Below are positions 47,420-60,300 of a stretch of 64,000 bases of DNA, piece by piece (the first letter of the stretch is position 1; the number at the start of each line of letters is the position of its first letter). A program made the position numbers and the translations under genes. The notes under the pieces were generated by a model. The model searched no databases and had not been told where the DNA came from. It saw only the letters and a program-made list of their open reading frames with translations. The stretch is taken from positions 496,001 to 560,000 of the forward strand of contig JBNJNM010000011.1 in NCBI GenBank assembly GCA_052426225.1. Direction: 5' to 3'. Source of the stretch: Zancudomyces culisetae HAW-14-8. Its lineage: Eukaryota; Fungi; Kickxellomycota.

Positions 47420-49310
47420 ATGTCGTTCCCAACGCCAAATTCGGTAAGAAAATGCATTATTCTCAGTTGCTGTGCTATAATAATCATTAGTGAAAGGATA
47501 TAACTCTACATTTCTTTTTGTTTAATATGGGTTTTATGGATGGTAAATAGAATCAAATCAATGAGATGATTGCCAGGAAAAAGGCTGAAATATTGAGCAA
47601 AATTGGCAAGCTGAAAACCGGTGAAAATGGCATTCCGCAAAGTACCGGTGCGGGAGGCGGCATCAATTCCTCAGCCATTCAAGCACAAATCGCAGAAGCC
47701 AAAGCTAGAATACAGTCTAGGCTGTCACAAATGGTAAAAAAAAATTAAACTTCCTAATGTTTTTTTTGTACATTTTATTTACAAGGCCTAGTTACTCGAA
47801 GGAAATTTTGAAAGATGAATAAATATGCATAGTGGGGATATTAATTAAAAGTATACTACAAAAATAGGGAGTTCAGGTAAACAAATCCCACGAGCCCCAG
47901 CAAACGGTTCAAAAAGAGGTGGGCTTAGACCAACTGAAGAGAAAAGAAGCACCAACCCAAATTATTAGGCCAGAGCTAAACGAAAAAAGGCCCAGAATCA
48001 ACAGAAACATGGCACTATTGCCAAAATTTAGCACAATCAAGGCAAACCAGGCTAACAGCGTAGGCCAAAAACAGCTGATAAAAACGCGTGGAGAGGAGGT
48101 GAGGAATCCATACTTTGAGCCAGAGCTGTATAAAGGTGCACCAAAGCCGGCAAGAAAAGAGATGCGGTTTTCAAAGCAGGGAAAATATGTAAAAGAGGCG
48201 GAAAGAATGCGGGCAGAGGCCAAGATGGAGCAACTCAAGCGGGAAATAGCAGAGCGAGCGAGAAAAGTAGGGTTGGCATCGTCAGTAGCTGGTCTGGGAG
48301 GTCAGGGTGGGGACGAGGAGATGGACGAAGCGGCGCTAAACAGACTACTGATTCCACAAGAGCCACCAGCAGTAGAATGGTGGGACAGCCAGCTGTTAGC
48401 AAATGGTAGTTACGACGACATTGACGGGGGAAACATGAGAGTCGAGGAGAACTCGACGACAGCACCGATCACGCACTATATCCAGCATCCGGTGCCAATA
48501 AAGCCGCCAATGGAAGAATTGAGGCAGGGTCCAGCAACAAAGAAACTGTATTTGACAAAAAAAGAGACAAAAAAGCTCCGCAGGCTTCGGCGGCTTGAGT
48601 TAAATGCAGAGAAACGCGAAAAGATCAGAATGGGGCTAATAGAGGCAGAGCCCCCAAAGCTCAAGCTACAGAACATGGTTAAGGTAATGGGGACTGATGC
48701 AATCCAGGGCCCATCAAAGGTAGAGGCTATGACGCGATCACAAATTGAACAGCGTAAAGCCGCGCATCTGAACGCCAACAACGAACGCAAACTTACAAAG
48801 GAACAGCGGACAGAAAAGATAGTCACAAAGGCGCAACAAGATTTAGAAAAAAACGGGGTGTTTGTAAATATATACAAAATTGGAAACCTTTCTAACCCAA
48901 GGCATAAATTCAAACTTGTGAAAAATGCCCAACAGCTGTATCTCACTGGAGTTGTTTTGATCAACTCCCACTTTTGCCTGGTCGTTGTCGAGGGAGGAAT
49001 CAAGGGGATCCGCGCGTACAAAAAACTGTTGATGCATCGGATAGATTGGTCTGAATCGTTGCCCGACCTACTTTCCACCGCCAATAACAATGGCGGTGAT
49101 GAAAATGGCGACAGTAATGATGCTGAATCCTCCGTCCAACATAAAGAAAACAGCTGTATGCTTGTATGGGAAGGTCAAGTAGCATCTCCGTCATTCCGCT
49201 CATTTAAATCTAGAGTATGCCCCACCGAAAACGACGCAAAGAGCTGGCTGGCACGGGCAAACCTAGTCAGCTATTGGGAAACGGCCAAACACACCCAAAA
49301 AACACTCTAG
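47420..49310 (+). CDS. PRP3: U4/U6 snRNP protein Prp3 (3 exons: 47420-47443, 47551-47733, 47868-49310)
   Basis: PAVEWWD, ITHYIQHPVPI, LYLTKKETKKLRR, KFKLVKNAQQLYLTG, VVVEGG, CMLVWEG. Confidence 0.93.
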
Positions 49311-50459
49311 AACCCATATTTGGCTCTAGTCTCGTTTTTCGTCTTTTGGTTCGAGGAGTACTGTTCCTTGAGTTTGAGTTCATTTTGCTTAGCATGGAAC
49401 GCAAGATACATAATATTATGCTTCTGCTTCTGCACTCTAGAAGGTGCTCCCCCTGTCTTTGTTTCCGCGTTTGTAAACTCTGTTAGTTCGCTACCAACAT
49501 AGTGTATTTTTTTGCTTTGTGTCACTCCTCCTCCTGCTCCTCCAGATTGGCTTGTGTAGTTAGTAAAGTCTCCAAGCTGTGTCTGCTTGATTTCCTTTAT
49601 TTCACCAATTTTAGCCTTTCTATCGTTCTTTCGAATCATTTTCAAAAGCTCGTCCTCTTGTTTATCTGTAATTGGATATTGCTCTTCATTTTGGAAATCC
49701 TGTGCATAGTACTCGGGTTCTTGGCTATTACCATGACCATGACTATAATCATAATCATAATCATAATATTCATAATTACTTTCTACGCTTTCCATGTTTG
49801 TGCGCGGTTCATCATTATCGACTCCCTTATCGCTTACAAGTGCGCTGCTTTGACCTATACGCCAGAAAAATATTCTGTTTAATGCCGGATTCTTCATTTC
49901 TACGTACCTTTGTCTTTTATTTAGATTTAATAGTGGTGTGAATAGATAAATAAATGTTGTAAATACCTATTGGGAAAAAGCATTGACCCATCAAGTCCTC
50001 TCCATCCTGTTCCTTTTCGTGCTTTTGTTGGTAGCTGTTCTTTGTACTCTGTAATTTTTCCCTGGATAATGCAGGTTCATTGACTTTTTTAAATACAAAC
50101 GAGTTTTTCGGCTTTGGCAGCAAGCTTTCTATTGAAGTAAACTTTTTTTTTGATGCCTTTTGGTTTTGAGTTTGCCGATCTTGCTCCTGTCCTTGTATTT
50201 CATCAACATCCCTTTGTCCATCTTCAAGTACAAGCTTCCTCTTTTTCGATACCGTCTCGTTTATGACACGAAAACCAATGCTTTGATTGCTAGCTATCTG
50301 TGAAGAACCAGCATCGTTGCGTTTTTCAAGTGCTTCGCCTGTATTTACTCCATTTGCACGATCCTCGCCATTGAAATGGGAAGAATTGGTAGACGCATTG
50401 CTAAAGTCGAAATCTTCATCCGAATCTGAGCTAGAATTATAATCTGCAACCAACGACAT
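49307..50459 (-). CDS. PRCC-like (mitotic checkpoint regulator / spliceosome-associated) protein, intron donor at 49966
   Basis: N-terminal MSLVADYNSSSDSDE and C-terminal QKQKHNIMYLA..NELKLKEQY..TRAKYGF are the PRCC family hallmarks. Confidence 0.85.
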
Positions 50460-51319
50460 GATTCCCCTTTTTTCTATTGTACCACCTTTCCAGGTTTTTC
50501 TATAACAATCGCTTTTTGTTTTTTATTAAAAAAAATCAATTGTACCATACAGAAATATCATTTTACAAATCTATGAACGAAAAAAAAATTAATTCCCCAT
50601 TCCGGATAATCGAAGCTTTAACTCAATCAACAAGAGAGCCGTTGAGCTTTTATAAAGTGATGTACCAAACAGACTCGGGTCGTAAAAACATTTGAAATAA
50701 CTATCCATTACCAACATCGCATACTGTGAATGGGTATCTCCCACTTTCACTCCCCAAACTTATGGTAGAGAAAAAAAACAATCAGAATCGTACCAATTGC
50801 TTCTCTCGTCTTCATTGTTACACTATTATCACCACCCCCCAATAGCATTATTATAGGATCGATGCATTAACATACCCCATAAGATCACGAGCTTTATTCA
50901 ATATTCTTGCATATACAGCCATTGGTATTTAATAAACACTTGAAGTATCAAGTAAGAAATGCAACTGGTTATAATACTCCATCGCATGGCTTTATCCCAC
51001 CTTCTCGAAAAAATTTTACTTTAAAATTTGTTGTCATTTTCATGCCAACGAATTATCTTTCAATTTGGAACTAGACCATGTTCACAATGATAAACTGCCG
51101 GAACGTGAATTTTCATATTCATTAGCATGATTACTTCCAAGAAAAAAAGAAAAAAATTTTGAAAAAAATAATCCATGTGAATAAATAGGAAAGCTAAGGA
51201 CTATATAACCAAAATATAATTCTATCTTCGTTTAATTATACTTTATTTTTCAACACACAAAACAAATTTTCTCTCTTAAAGAGCTATACTGTTAAAAAGA
51301 AGATATTACAGCAAAAAAA

Positions 51320-53386
51320 ATGGAGGAAAAAAGAGTCCCAACAGAGTTTTTGGAGAAAATGCAAAATTTTACGATGGAGGTGATACCAGCAACAAGCAGT
51401 ACTGAAACTCCAGTACGCAGAAGTGTCCTAACCAAAGGTGGCGAATTGGTGAATGGAACAACTACCGGTTGTAACACAGTGCTCGAGCTGCTTACTTATT
51501 CTTGTAAAGCTTACAACGATAAAAACTTTTTGGGCCAGCGTAAGCTATTGGACACAATAAAGGAGAAAAAAGTGGTTGAAACTACAGATGCTAATGGAAA
51601 TAAAGTGAGCAAGGAAAAGACTTGGGTAAAATATAAGCTTTCCGGCTATGAATGGATGACGTACAACGACGTTTATGAGTACAGCAAGTATCTATCATTT
51701 GGACTGACTAGTTTAGGGATCTGCAAAGGTGAAAGAGTAACAATATACTCGAACACATGTAGAGAGTGGATGATTGCCTATTTTTCTACAGCTTTTCAAG
51801 GGATCGAAGCAACCACGGCCTATTCCACGCTAGGAGAAAGTGGTTTGGCGCACAGTGTTAAAGAAACTAAAAGCAAACTGATTTATGTACATACCGATAC
51901 TCTTGAAATCGGTTTGCGAGTGGCAAGCGAAGCACCTGATCTCAGAACAATTGTATACTTTGGTGATCTGAAGGATTACAAAGGGAAAGCTAGCATTGAC
52001 GAAGCAAAGGGGAATGGCCTAAAGGTTTTGCATTTGGATGAGCTACACAAACTTGGAAAAGAGAGTGAAAATACTGAAATAAATAGCCCAGCACCTGATG
52101 ATGTTGCAATGATTATGTATACGTCTGGAAGTACAGGAAATCCAAAAGGAGTGGTAATGACACATAGAAACGTCACTAGTGTTGTAGGAGGATTGGAGGA
52201 TTTTATTGGTGCGTTTGTAACGCAAGAGGATCTTCTGCTGAGCTACTTACCGTTGGCACACGTACTAGAGTTTACGGTTGAACTTCTAGCTATGCATTCG
52301 GGTGTACCGCTAGGATATGGCACAGTAAGAACACTTACATCAGAGAATACCATTGATTGCTATGGGGATATGCAAGAGCTTAAACCAACAGTAATGGTAG
52401 GCGTACCACAAGTGTGGGATACGATCAGAGCCAACGTTCTTCGTAAAATAGAAGGTATGGGACCTATTAAATCCCGGGTATTTAAGATTTTTACGCAGTT
52501 GAAACACTTGCTAAGAAGTCGTGGTGTTCCTACGGCTATTCTTGACAACTATGTGTTCAGCCAAGCTAAAGCAATTACGGGTGGAAAGCTCAGATTTGCG
52601 ATTACTGGTGGAGCCCCAATTTCACTAGAAGCTAGGGATTTTATCACAAACATTATATGCCCACTGATTCAAGGATATGGGCTGACCGAATCTTCGGGAT
52701 TGATATCGGTTCAGATTCCAGGTAACATTGTAGACACCTCGGTGGGGTTATTGATTTCCAGCACAGAAGTCAAGCTTTTGGATGCTGGGGAGGTTGGATA
52801 TGATCTCAAGGATGGAATCGGCGAAATTTGTATTCGCGGAAACACTGTGTTTAGAGGATATTTGGATAACCCAGAGGAAACTCAAAAGGCATTTACTGAG
52901 GATGGTTGGTTCCGAACTGGAGATATTGGATACTGGAGCGAACGTGGTGAACTCAGAATTGTGGATAGATTAAAAAACCTTGTCAAGCTTGCAAATGGAG
53001 AGTATATCGCTATTGAGATGCTGGAAAGTCTTTATAAACTTTCTCTGTTTGTAGATAATATCTGTGTATATGCTGATCCACTACGTAGCAATCCCGTCGC
53101 CTTTGTATCGGTAAACCGTGGCTATCTGTCTGGTTTTGCCGCTTCAAATGGAATATCATATTCCCGTCTCGACGAACTCTGCCAACATAAAGATGTACTA
53201 AAGGCTATGCATGACAGGTTTAATCAAATCGGTTCTGCAAACAAACTAAACAAATCTAGTTACTTATCTGATATTTATGTAACGTGTGAAGTCTGGTCCC
53301 CTGAAAATGGTCTTTTGACAGCTGCCTCCAAGCTAAACAGAAGGAAGATTTTCAACACATACTCACACCACTTTGATAAGCTTTAA
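51320..53386 (+). CDS. Long-chain fatty-acid--CoA ligase (Faa-type)
   Basis: IMYTSGSTGNPKGV AMP-binding motif, YLPLAHVLE, QGYGLTES, GWFRTGDIG, IVDRLKNLVKLANGEYIA. Confidence 0.96.
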   Translation: MEEKRVPTEFLEKMQNFTMEVIPATSSTETPVRRSVLTKGGELVNGTTTGCNTVLELLTYSCKAYNDKNFLGQRKLLDTIKEKKVVETTDANGNKVSKEKTWVKYKLSGYEWMTYNDVYEYSKYLSFGLTSLGICKGERVTIYSNTCREWMIAYFSTAFQGIEATTAYSTLGESGLAHSVKETKSKLIYVHTDTLEIGLRVASEAPDLRTIVYFGDLKDYKGKASIDEAKGNGLKVLHLDELHKLGKESENTEINSPAPDDVAMIMYTSGSTGNPKGVVMTHRNVTSVVGGLEDFIGAFVTQEDLLLSYLPLAHVLEFTVELLAMHSGVPLGYGTVRTLTSENTIDCYGDMQELKPTVMVGVPQVWDTIRANVLRKIEGMGPIKSRVFKIFTQLKHLLRSRGVPTAILDNYVFSQAKAITGGKLRFAITGGAPISLEARDFITNIICPLIQGYGLTESSGLISVQIPGNIVDTSVGLLISSTEVKLLDAGEVGYDLKDGIGEICIRGNTVFRGYLDNPEETQKAFTEDGWFRTGDIGYWSERGELRIVDRLKNLVKLANGEYIAIEMLESLYKLSLFVDNICVYADPLRSNPVAFVSVNRGYLSGFAASNGISYSRLDELCQHKDVLKAMHDRFNQIGSANKLNKSSYLSDIYVTCEVWSPENGLLTAASKLNRRKIFNTYSHHFDKL

Positions 53387-53787
53387 AGTTTAGATATATA
53401 TAAACGTTCGGCCCCATCTTTATTATATTAAAAGGATTAGGAACTTCATAGCCTAGCAATTTCTTTTTTTTTTTTGCGTTATATACTTTTTTTTTTCAAA
53501 CTTGGAAAAAGTCAATAAAGCACTTTACTAGTTAAAATGAATATCAATAAGCATCCGTTCTCAACAGTGTTGCTAATTAAACTAAATGTGACTTGAAGTG
53601 CTTGAAAATATTTGCATTCCTATGATTGGCTTTGAATTTACAGACTCAATTTAATTTGCTGAGACCATTTCCGGGTAAAACCGAACATTTGATTAATCTT
53701 TAGCTATTATAATCTCATCATTTCTGCTAGTTCAAATGCGAGTCAAATAATGGTAATTATATCATAAATAGAATAAAACACAATAGA

Positions 53788-56080
53788 ATGCACACCTACA
53801 ACTTGGGACAGCGAATTAAAGTTGTAGGAAAAGGGCCCGGTACAATAAAATATGTCGGTAAATTACATGGCCAGGAGGGTTTATGGCTAGGGATAGAGTG
53901 GGATTTTGAAGGAATTGGGAAGAATAATGGCGATTACAAAGGCGAAAAATATTTCAACTGCATGTAACTAAACATATTTGTATTTTTATTAGTGTTTCTA
54001 TACTTAACTTGGCAAATATGAATGTAAAAGAGCTTGTACCTTGATAAGTTTTATACGTGTATTTTTTTGGTAGAAAATCAAAAAACTCGGGTTCATTTAT
54101 AAATGCGAGTTCAAAGAAGATCAATGTCGGGGTAGACCTATTTGAGGCGATCTATGATCGATATGTAAGGCAAAATCTTGAATACAATGCCAAAGAATTA
54201 CCGTTAACTATCGACGATCGATATGGAAGCATCGAGGCTGTTGGATTCGAAAAAATTATAAACGAACAAAGGTTAGAAAAGCTAAATGAATCTAAATCTA
54301 AATCTAAATCTAAGGTTTGTAATAAAAACGTGGATTTTGTATTTACAGACTATTCCTGATACTGAATGGTATTTGTTGTCTATTTTAAAGCAACTCTTCA
54401 TAACTTATTGCTATAGAAATCTCGAAAATCTACGTGCCATTAATCTGGAAAACAGTCTTGTCGATAGAGTAGAAAAATTAACCCGGGCGTTGATACTTCA
54501 GGTTAAAAACGTTGTTGAACTGAATCTGAGTTGTAATCTCATTTGTGATTGGAGACAGGTGCAATTAATCGGAAAATTGCTGACAAGGCTGGAATCACTA
54601 TCGTTGAGTGGAAATCAAATATCTTTTTTCCCTACCTGTACAAGTCATGAAGAATCTGCTACGCTCGAAAGAGGCTCACTAAAAAACCTGCTTTTAGATG
54701 ATGGTAGCCCCATTTCATTCAACAGTCTAACCTATCTAAACCTGTCTGCCACCATGATTAGCTGGGAAAAAGTAAATACAGTTAATTATACATTCTAATT
54801 CATTTGTCTGTAAGGGTGATATTGTTGAACCCCAACGACCTTTGTTGCTGCTTTTTTTTAATTCACATTATGTGTCTATTCTATACACATTGAGCTTAAC
54901 ATTTGTCCATAAATCTCTGGGGGGGAGGGTACCCTCAACCATCAAAACTACTAACTTTATCATTGCCATTTTTAGGTTTTAGCTCTAGAAAACACAGATT
55001 TTCCCAACTTAAAAGAGCTCGTTTTATGTGACAACCGGATAGAAAAGCTCAGCTTTGTATCTAGTGAATGCTTTGCATGCCTAGAAAAACTTGATTTATC
55101 AAACAACTTTATTGCGGATAGTTCCGAGCTAAACTTCATTAGCCACTTACCGAGGTGCGTAACATGGATACTAAAAAAAATTATGCTCCGTCTTTGTAAC
55201 ATACTATAAATTTAATGCTAACTATATCCTGTAATATAATAGACTAAAACACATTAGTGTTTCTGGTAACCCATTGGACCGAATAGCACCACCTTCTTAC
55301 TTGGTTAGCAAAGATACCAACATCTGGAAAAACGTAACTACCATCGAGGCGAATGATATAAACATTTCTGATTGGACCTGTGTCTCAGATCTTGATTTAT
55401 TCCCAAATTTAAGCGAGTTGGGGCTTCGAAGATCAAAGTTAACTCTTAAAAACAAGGACCACTCAGCCATACGAGCACACATCGTTGGGCGGCTTAAACG
55501 ACTTGTAAAACTAAACGGTACCACCATTTCTGCATCTGAAAGACGTGAACTTGAGCTTATTTACATAAATGATGTCCGGACGGAAACGAAAACTATAAAA
55601 AGCAGCGGCTCGTCTAATATTGATAATATAGTCAGACTACATCCCCGGTATATCGAGCTGTGTAACAAATTTGGATTTTCTGTAGAGCCTACTCTAGATA
55701 CAAAAGTAGTACATGCAAATTCTGGTCCACTTTCTAATCTGAAATCCAGGGTGCTACTCTTGAACATCCTGCTGATCAAACATGCAGCTATTGACTCTGA
55801 TGATAATGAGTACGACTTGCTGATAAACGAGACTCCCTACCGTCATTATGGGCCGTCCTCGACTATTTCAAGAAAATTCACACCATCTACTTCTATCCTA
55901 CAATTCAAAGCGATTATCCCCAGACTTTTTAAACAAAATGCGCTAAAAGTCGGTGAGATATATCGCAAAGTTGGTTTGGGAGCCGAAGGAAGCATGTTTA
56001 TCGAATTGGATAATTTATCCAGAGATCTACACTTTTATGATATACAGAACTCTGAGAGTATTTATGTTATTGTTTGTTAA
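53788..56080 (+). CDS. TBCE: Tubulin-folding cofactor E (CAP-Gly, LRR, Ubl); about 5 exons: 53788-53963, 54073-54271, 54417-54771, 54976-55154, 55243-56080
   Basis: CAP-Gly GTIKYVG..WLGIEWD..GKNNG, IEAVGFEKI, LRRs, LNGTTISASERRELELIY, HPRYIELCNKFG, C-terminal Ubl ELDNLSRDLHFY. Confidence 0.9.
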
Positions 56081-56316
56081 TGTCCACATCAGCCGGGTAG
56101 ATCAGTTGTATTCTTCTACTGTATGCTGTGATGGAAATGATAAATTGCCTAAAATAAAGCCTATTTTTCCGCCAGTTGAAACCTGGGCCAAAAAAAAAAT
56201 TTTTTTCCAATAGGGAATCGTTCTTGACTGGATAAATCAACTGGTTTCTCTTATAGGAAAACTAGGCTGCTCTTTCTTTACACAGCTTAGATGAAATTTT
56301 GAAAACCATTTACACT

Positions 56317-57340
56317 ATGGACAAGCGACCGCTGCATGTAGGCTCTTTATCGAGCAAACTAAAAACTATGAAGGTAATAAATTCAACGTTTACTAAATTT
56401 GACCTCTTAATAATGATTTGGCACGCTCTGAAAATCGCTATTTTTTAAAATACCTTGCTTAACACACTGAAAGCGCCATAAAGCGAGTCTAACACACGTC
56501 GTAAACGAAAATTACTACTAGTTTTTTTTTCCTGTACAATAAAAGCTATAAAGAAATACTTTTCATTACGCCTTTTTAGTTTATGCAAAGAGAAAAAGTA
56601 GATGAAATCTATAAAGATCAGCAAAGCAAGGCCGCAAGCATTTCAAACGAAGAGAAATGGTATATACCTGGTACACATACACTAAAAAACACCGTCTCGA
56701 AAGATGCAACTAAGAATAGCAAAAAGAAATTCAAAATCAATGTAATTTCAGCCTCAACTCAATTTAACCTTGAACGAATTCCTCAAGAAAGCGATGGCTT
56801 TGAACCAAAAGGCCCTGCAGAAACATCGACGAAGAAAAATGAACTCCAGTCCACTGATGACAATGTAGTAGGTCGAAGATCTTTTGGTGCTTTGAATACC
56901 TCAGGACCGGTAAGAATCTAGTACACTTTTATTTTTTCCCTGTGTCCGCATTTCCTTGTTTAAAACATTGTCCTTTGTATACATTCATTACACACGAGCA
57001 TAAATCTGGGTGTCATAATAATGGACGGCTGCTTCAAGCACATAAAGTTCCTGATTTATCCTTTTTATCCATCGTCGAATGAGAATTGACAAAATGAAGC
57101 GAAAGCGGCTCTTGGTTTTAGCTTTGTCGCTGTGACTTGGGATGCATTGGTCATTTAATCAACATCAATATGAAAAGTGTTTTAGTTTGTTTCTGAAAAT
57201 TTGAATAATTTTTCAAAATATTTAAAATATAGGATGTCGAAAAAACAAATGAAGGCTCGGCTTCAAGTAAAAAAAGGACAAATGGTGAGAATGGTAAAGT
57301 TCCAGAGCTATCTAATAAAAAATCCAGGATCTCTCACTAG
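56317..57340 (+). CDS. Mpp6-like nuclear exosome cofactor (3 exons: 56317-56373, 56580-56909, 57233-57340)
   Basis: Spliced LSSKLKTMK|FMQR, a conserved W and VVGRRSFGALN match M-phase phosphoprotein 6 motifs. Confidence 0.7.
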
Positions 57341-60300
57341 TGTTAAACCCTTGATGTACTATTTCAACTCTTGCTGTTCATCATTCTCTATCCTCTGCCC
57401 CCAACACCTTTGCAAGTCGTGGAGGAAGAAGATAGTTGGCATGATCAGATATCAGCTTTTTACCAACATTCATGTAAATATTTAGATGAATAATGACATC
57501 TTTTTTTTTTGGTGATGGAGTATTAGGCTTTAATTTCGCAGATATAATTCCAAGTTTTTTGTTTTGATCTTTAAACACCTTTAAACTCTACTTTGAGCTG
57601 TGCAGCTGTGCAGCTGTGTACAGTACAAGATATTTTATGTCCTTAGATTGGAAGCGGTACCAAACTAATCGCTTAACAGTCTTTCTCAAGTCATACCATC
57701 TCTGAAACTTTTTCATTTGCTTGAGTTAAGGTTTGGGCCTGTGTGTGACAGAATTCATCATTTGTGTGATTAGGTGCAAAAGTATAATAATATTTGAGTG
57801 TTTGAGTATTTGAATATTTGAATATATTTTCTTCTGGCTAGTTTGTAAATCACGTCGAAAACAAAATTGGCACGATCAAAATATGTATTTCTTCTGTTGT
57901 TGCTTACTCGCATTTTTTAATACGGATATTACACGTACCAGGTAACAGCTATGCTTGTAACTGCCAAAGGCGTAACCTCAAACACATTCCATATTTCCCC
58001 ACACATGTTATAATAATCACAAACCTTGAAGAAAAAACAAAAATTACGGAATCTAGCGCGTATATGATAGGGTAATCAACAATGAAAGTTTTTTTTCAGA
58101 AGATTTGAACACACCCTATATCAATCAAGACTCGATCTAGAGTTCTGGCGAACCTACTATTATTTTACGAGAAAGACTAGACAAGTTGAGGGTTAACAGA
58201 GCAAATTTTATTTTGGAGTACTACTTCAGGAATCAGATGGCGATAATCATGTGACAGCGAAACGTATACTTGTCACATCTTTCTTCAGTACAAACCATGC
58301 CCTCATCATGATGCATAAACGAAATTCGTCTGGGTTAGATTTAAATCAGGAACAATAAATGTGGAGTGTGTAAAAGATGTATCACCAATAAAGATATTAG
58401 TTTTATAGTGTCATTTAGTATCCATGTGTTCTATAGCGCGAGCTCAACAAAGAGAAGGATAAAGAGCTTGGTTTTACACTCCCACCGCTCTTCCCTTTTC
58501 TGGCATCGCAGTTTTGTCGTCACCAAAGCGGCTTTTGGTGATTCACTCAGAAGTAGACTGTGAAAATATGGCCTACCATTATTCTTGTTGGTTTAGTTTG
58601 CTGAACATTTGAGTGTACAAAATCTGGAGGCATGGTGCTGTATGTGTTACTACGTTGTGTGTTAGCAAAAATGTTGTTATACATGGAGAAACAGTGTTTT
58701 CCTCTTCTTTTCCCCACTTTTTTCTCTTGCTTCGTTTTCCTTTTTCGCTCGCCACCCAGCTGTCCCTATCCTTTATCCTTAAATTTGCCCTTTTCCTCTA
58801 TCTATCTTTATTTTTACTCTTTTTCAACGTACTCTATATTCTCAATCATACTATATTAAAGGAAAGATTACCCACTTTGATAAGACAGCAATTATGGTCC
58901 TGGAAGACTGCTGCAAAACCCCAAAAATGTGCAACTTAAAGTGAACACTGTTGTTCTTTTACCGCGAAAAGCTGCATATTCGCAAATCAGGGTAAAGACA
59001 GCAATGCTAATCAACCCTTCCTTTGCAATCTGCTCTTCTTCAAAAGCACATTCTTCTTTGTAATAGACTGCGATCTATTTCCAATTAATTATGTATCTGT
59101 GATGAAATAAATCTAACCACAAATGCATTGTGTATTGTAAAAGACAGTTATCACAAGTTTACTCCTTCCTCTAAAGGAAAGATACATGTTATTACTCTTA
59201 ATCGAGTAATCCCGTCCTTGTGGGTTTGACTCCCTTATTTTCAACTAGTTATCCCCTTAATTAATTTTGCTCGTTTTTTTTATGCTGAAATTTTTGATTT
59301 TCACATTGTTCTTTAAATAGCCTGCAAAGATAAACTAAAAATATGCAAATTAAATACAATGTATATGAATTTCATCTGTTTTCATTCACAGAAACTAACG
59401 CTTTTCGAAACATATAGCTATTTTTGTTTGTTGAGATTGTGAAAATCCTGTAATTACCACCAGAATGGCGGAAAATAAAATCAAGTAAAGACAACAAGGT
59501 GGTGTCGATTCTTGCATTTTATCATGAGACCATGTTACTCTTAGGATTTACATGAGCCCTGCTCCACCACACAATTACAAATTATATGGATTCCTGAATA
59601 ACTTTTAAAACATAATATATAGCCAAGTTTAAAAAGGTTTTTTGCTCCTTGGTCACAGCTTTGCAAATTGGCATGTGATAGGAAAAAATTTTTGTCAGGA
59701 AGTAGGTAATGCAACCAACAAAGGTATTTTAATTACAAATTAACACCCAATAAAGCTCAATATTTTTTACCTGGATGTTGTGATTTGCTGATTGTTTTCG
59801 TAGTAAATATTGAGAAAATAGAGAGATCTTCTTGCTTATTTGTTTCAAGTCCAAGACCTTTATCAGAGGTGTTACAAAAGGAAGAAGCATCGCAAAAGTC
59901 ACCAGTTATCTACAAAACTTGCCTCCAAAGACTCTGCGCTTGTGTGAGCGGACGGAAGGGCAAGTTATTATTTTGCTACAAATTTTTGGGGGGAAGAGGA
60001 GGAGGAGGAGTTTACGTGTTTCATTAATTCATCGAAACTATAGTTTCCCTTATTGAAGTGTCCTCCCCCCAATCCAACTGAACACAATTCAATATATATT
60101 TTAGTACCACTGACGTACACAGATAGATGAAAAACAAGCACAACTTGGTGAAGGGAGATAATTTGCTTGGTCGTTTCCGCTTTATCCGTTTTTGTTGACA
60201 AAGATTGCTTTTGATGCCCAATTAGCCAATAATCGTACTTCCACGAGTGCAAGGCTGATAGCTGCATTTCCTCTGATGAAACCTGTTGTTATGAAAAAAT

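Noticed and set aside
60273-60296. Hammerhead-like CTGATGA...GAAA
   Set aside because: Stem II does not pair next to the core, and stems I and III are not evident.
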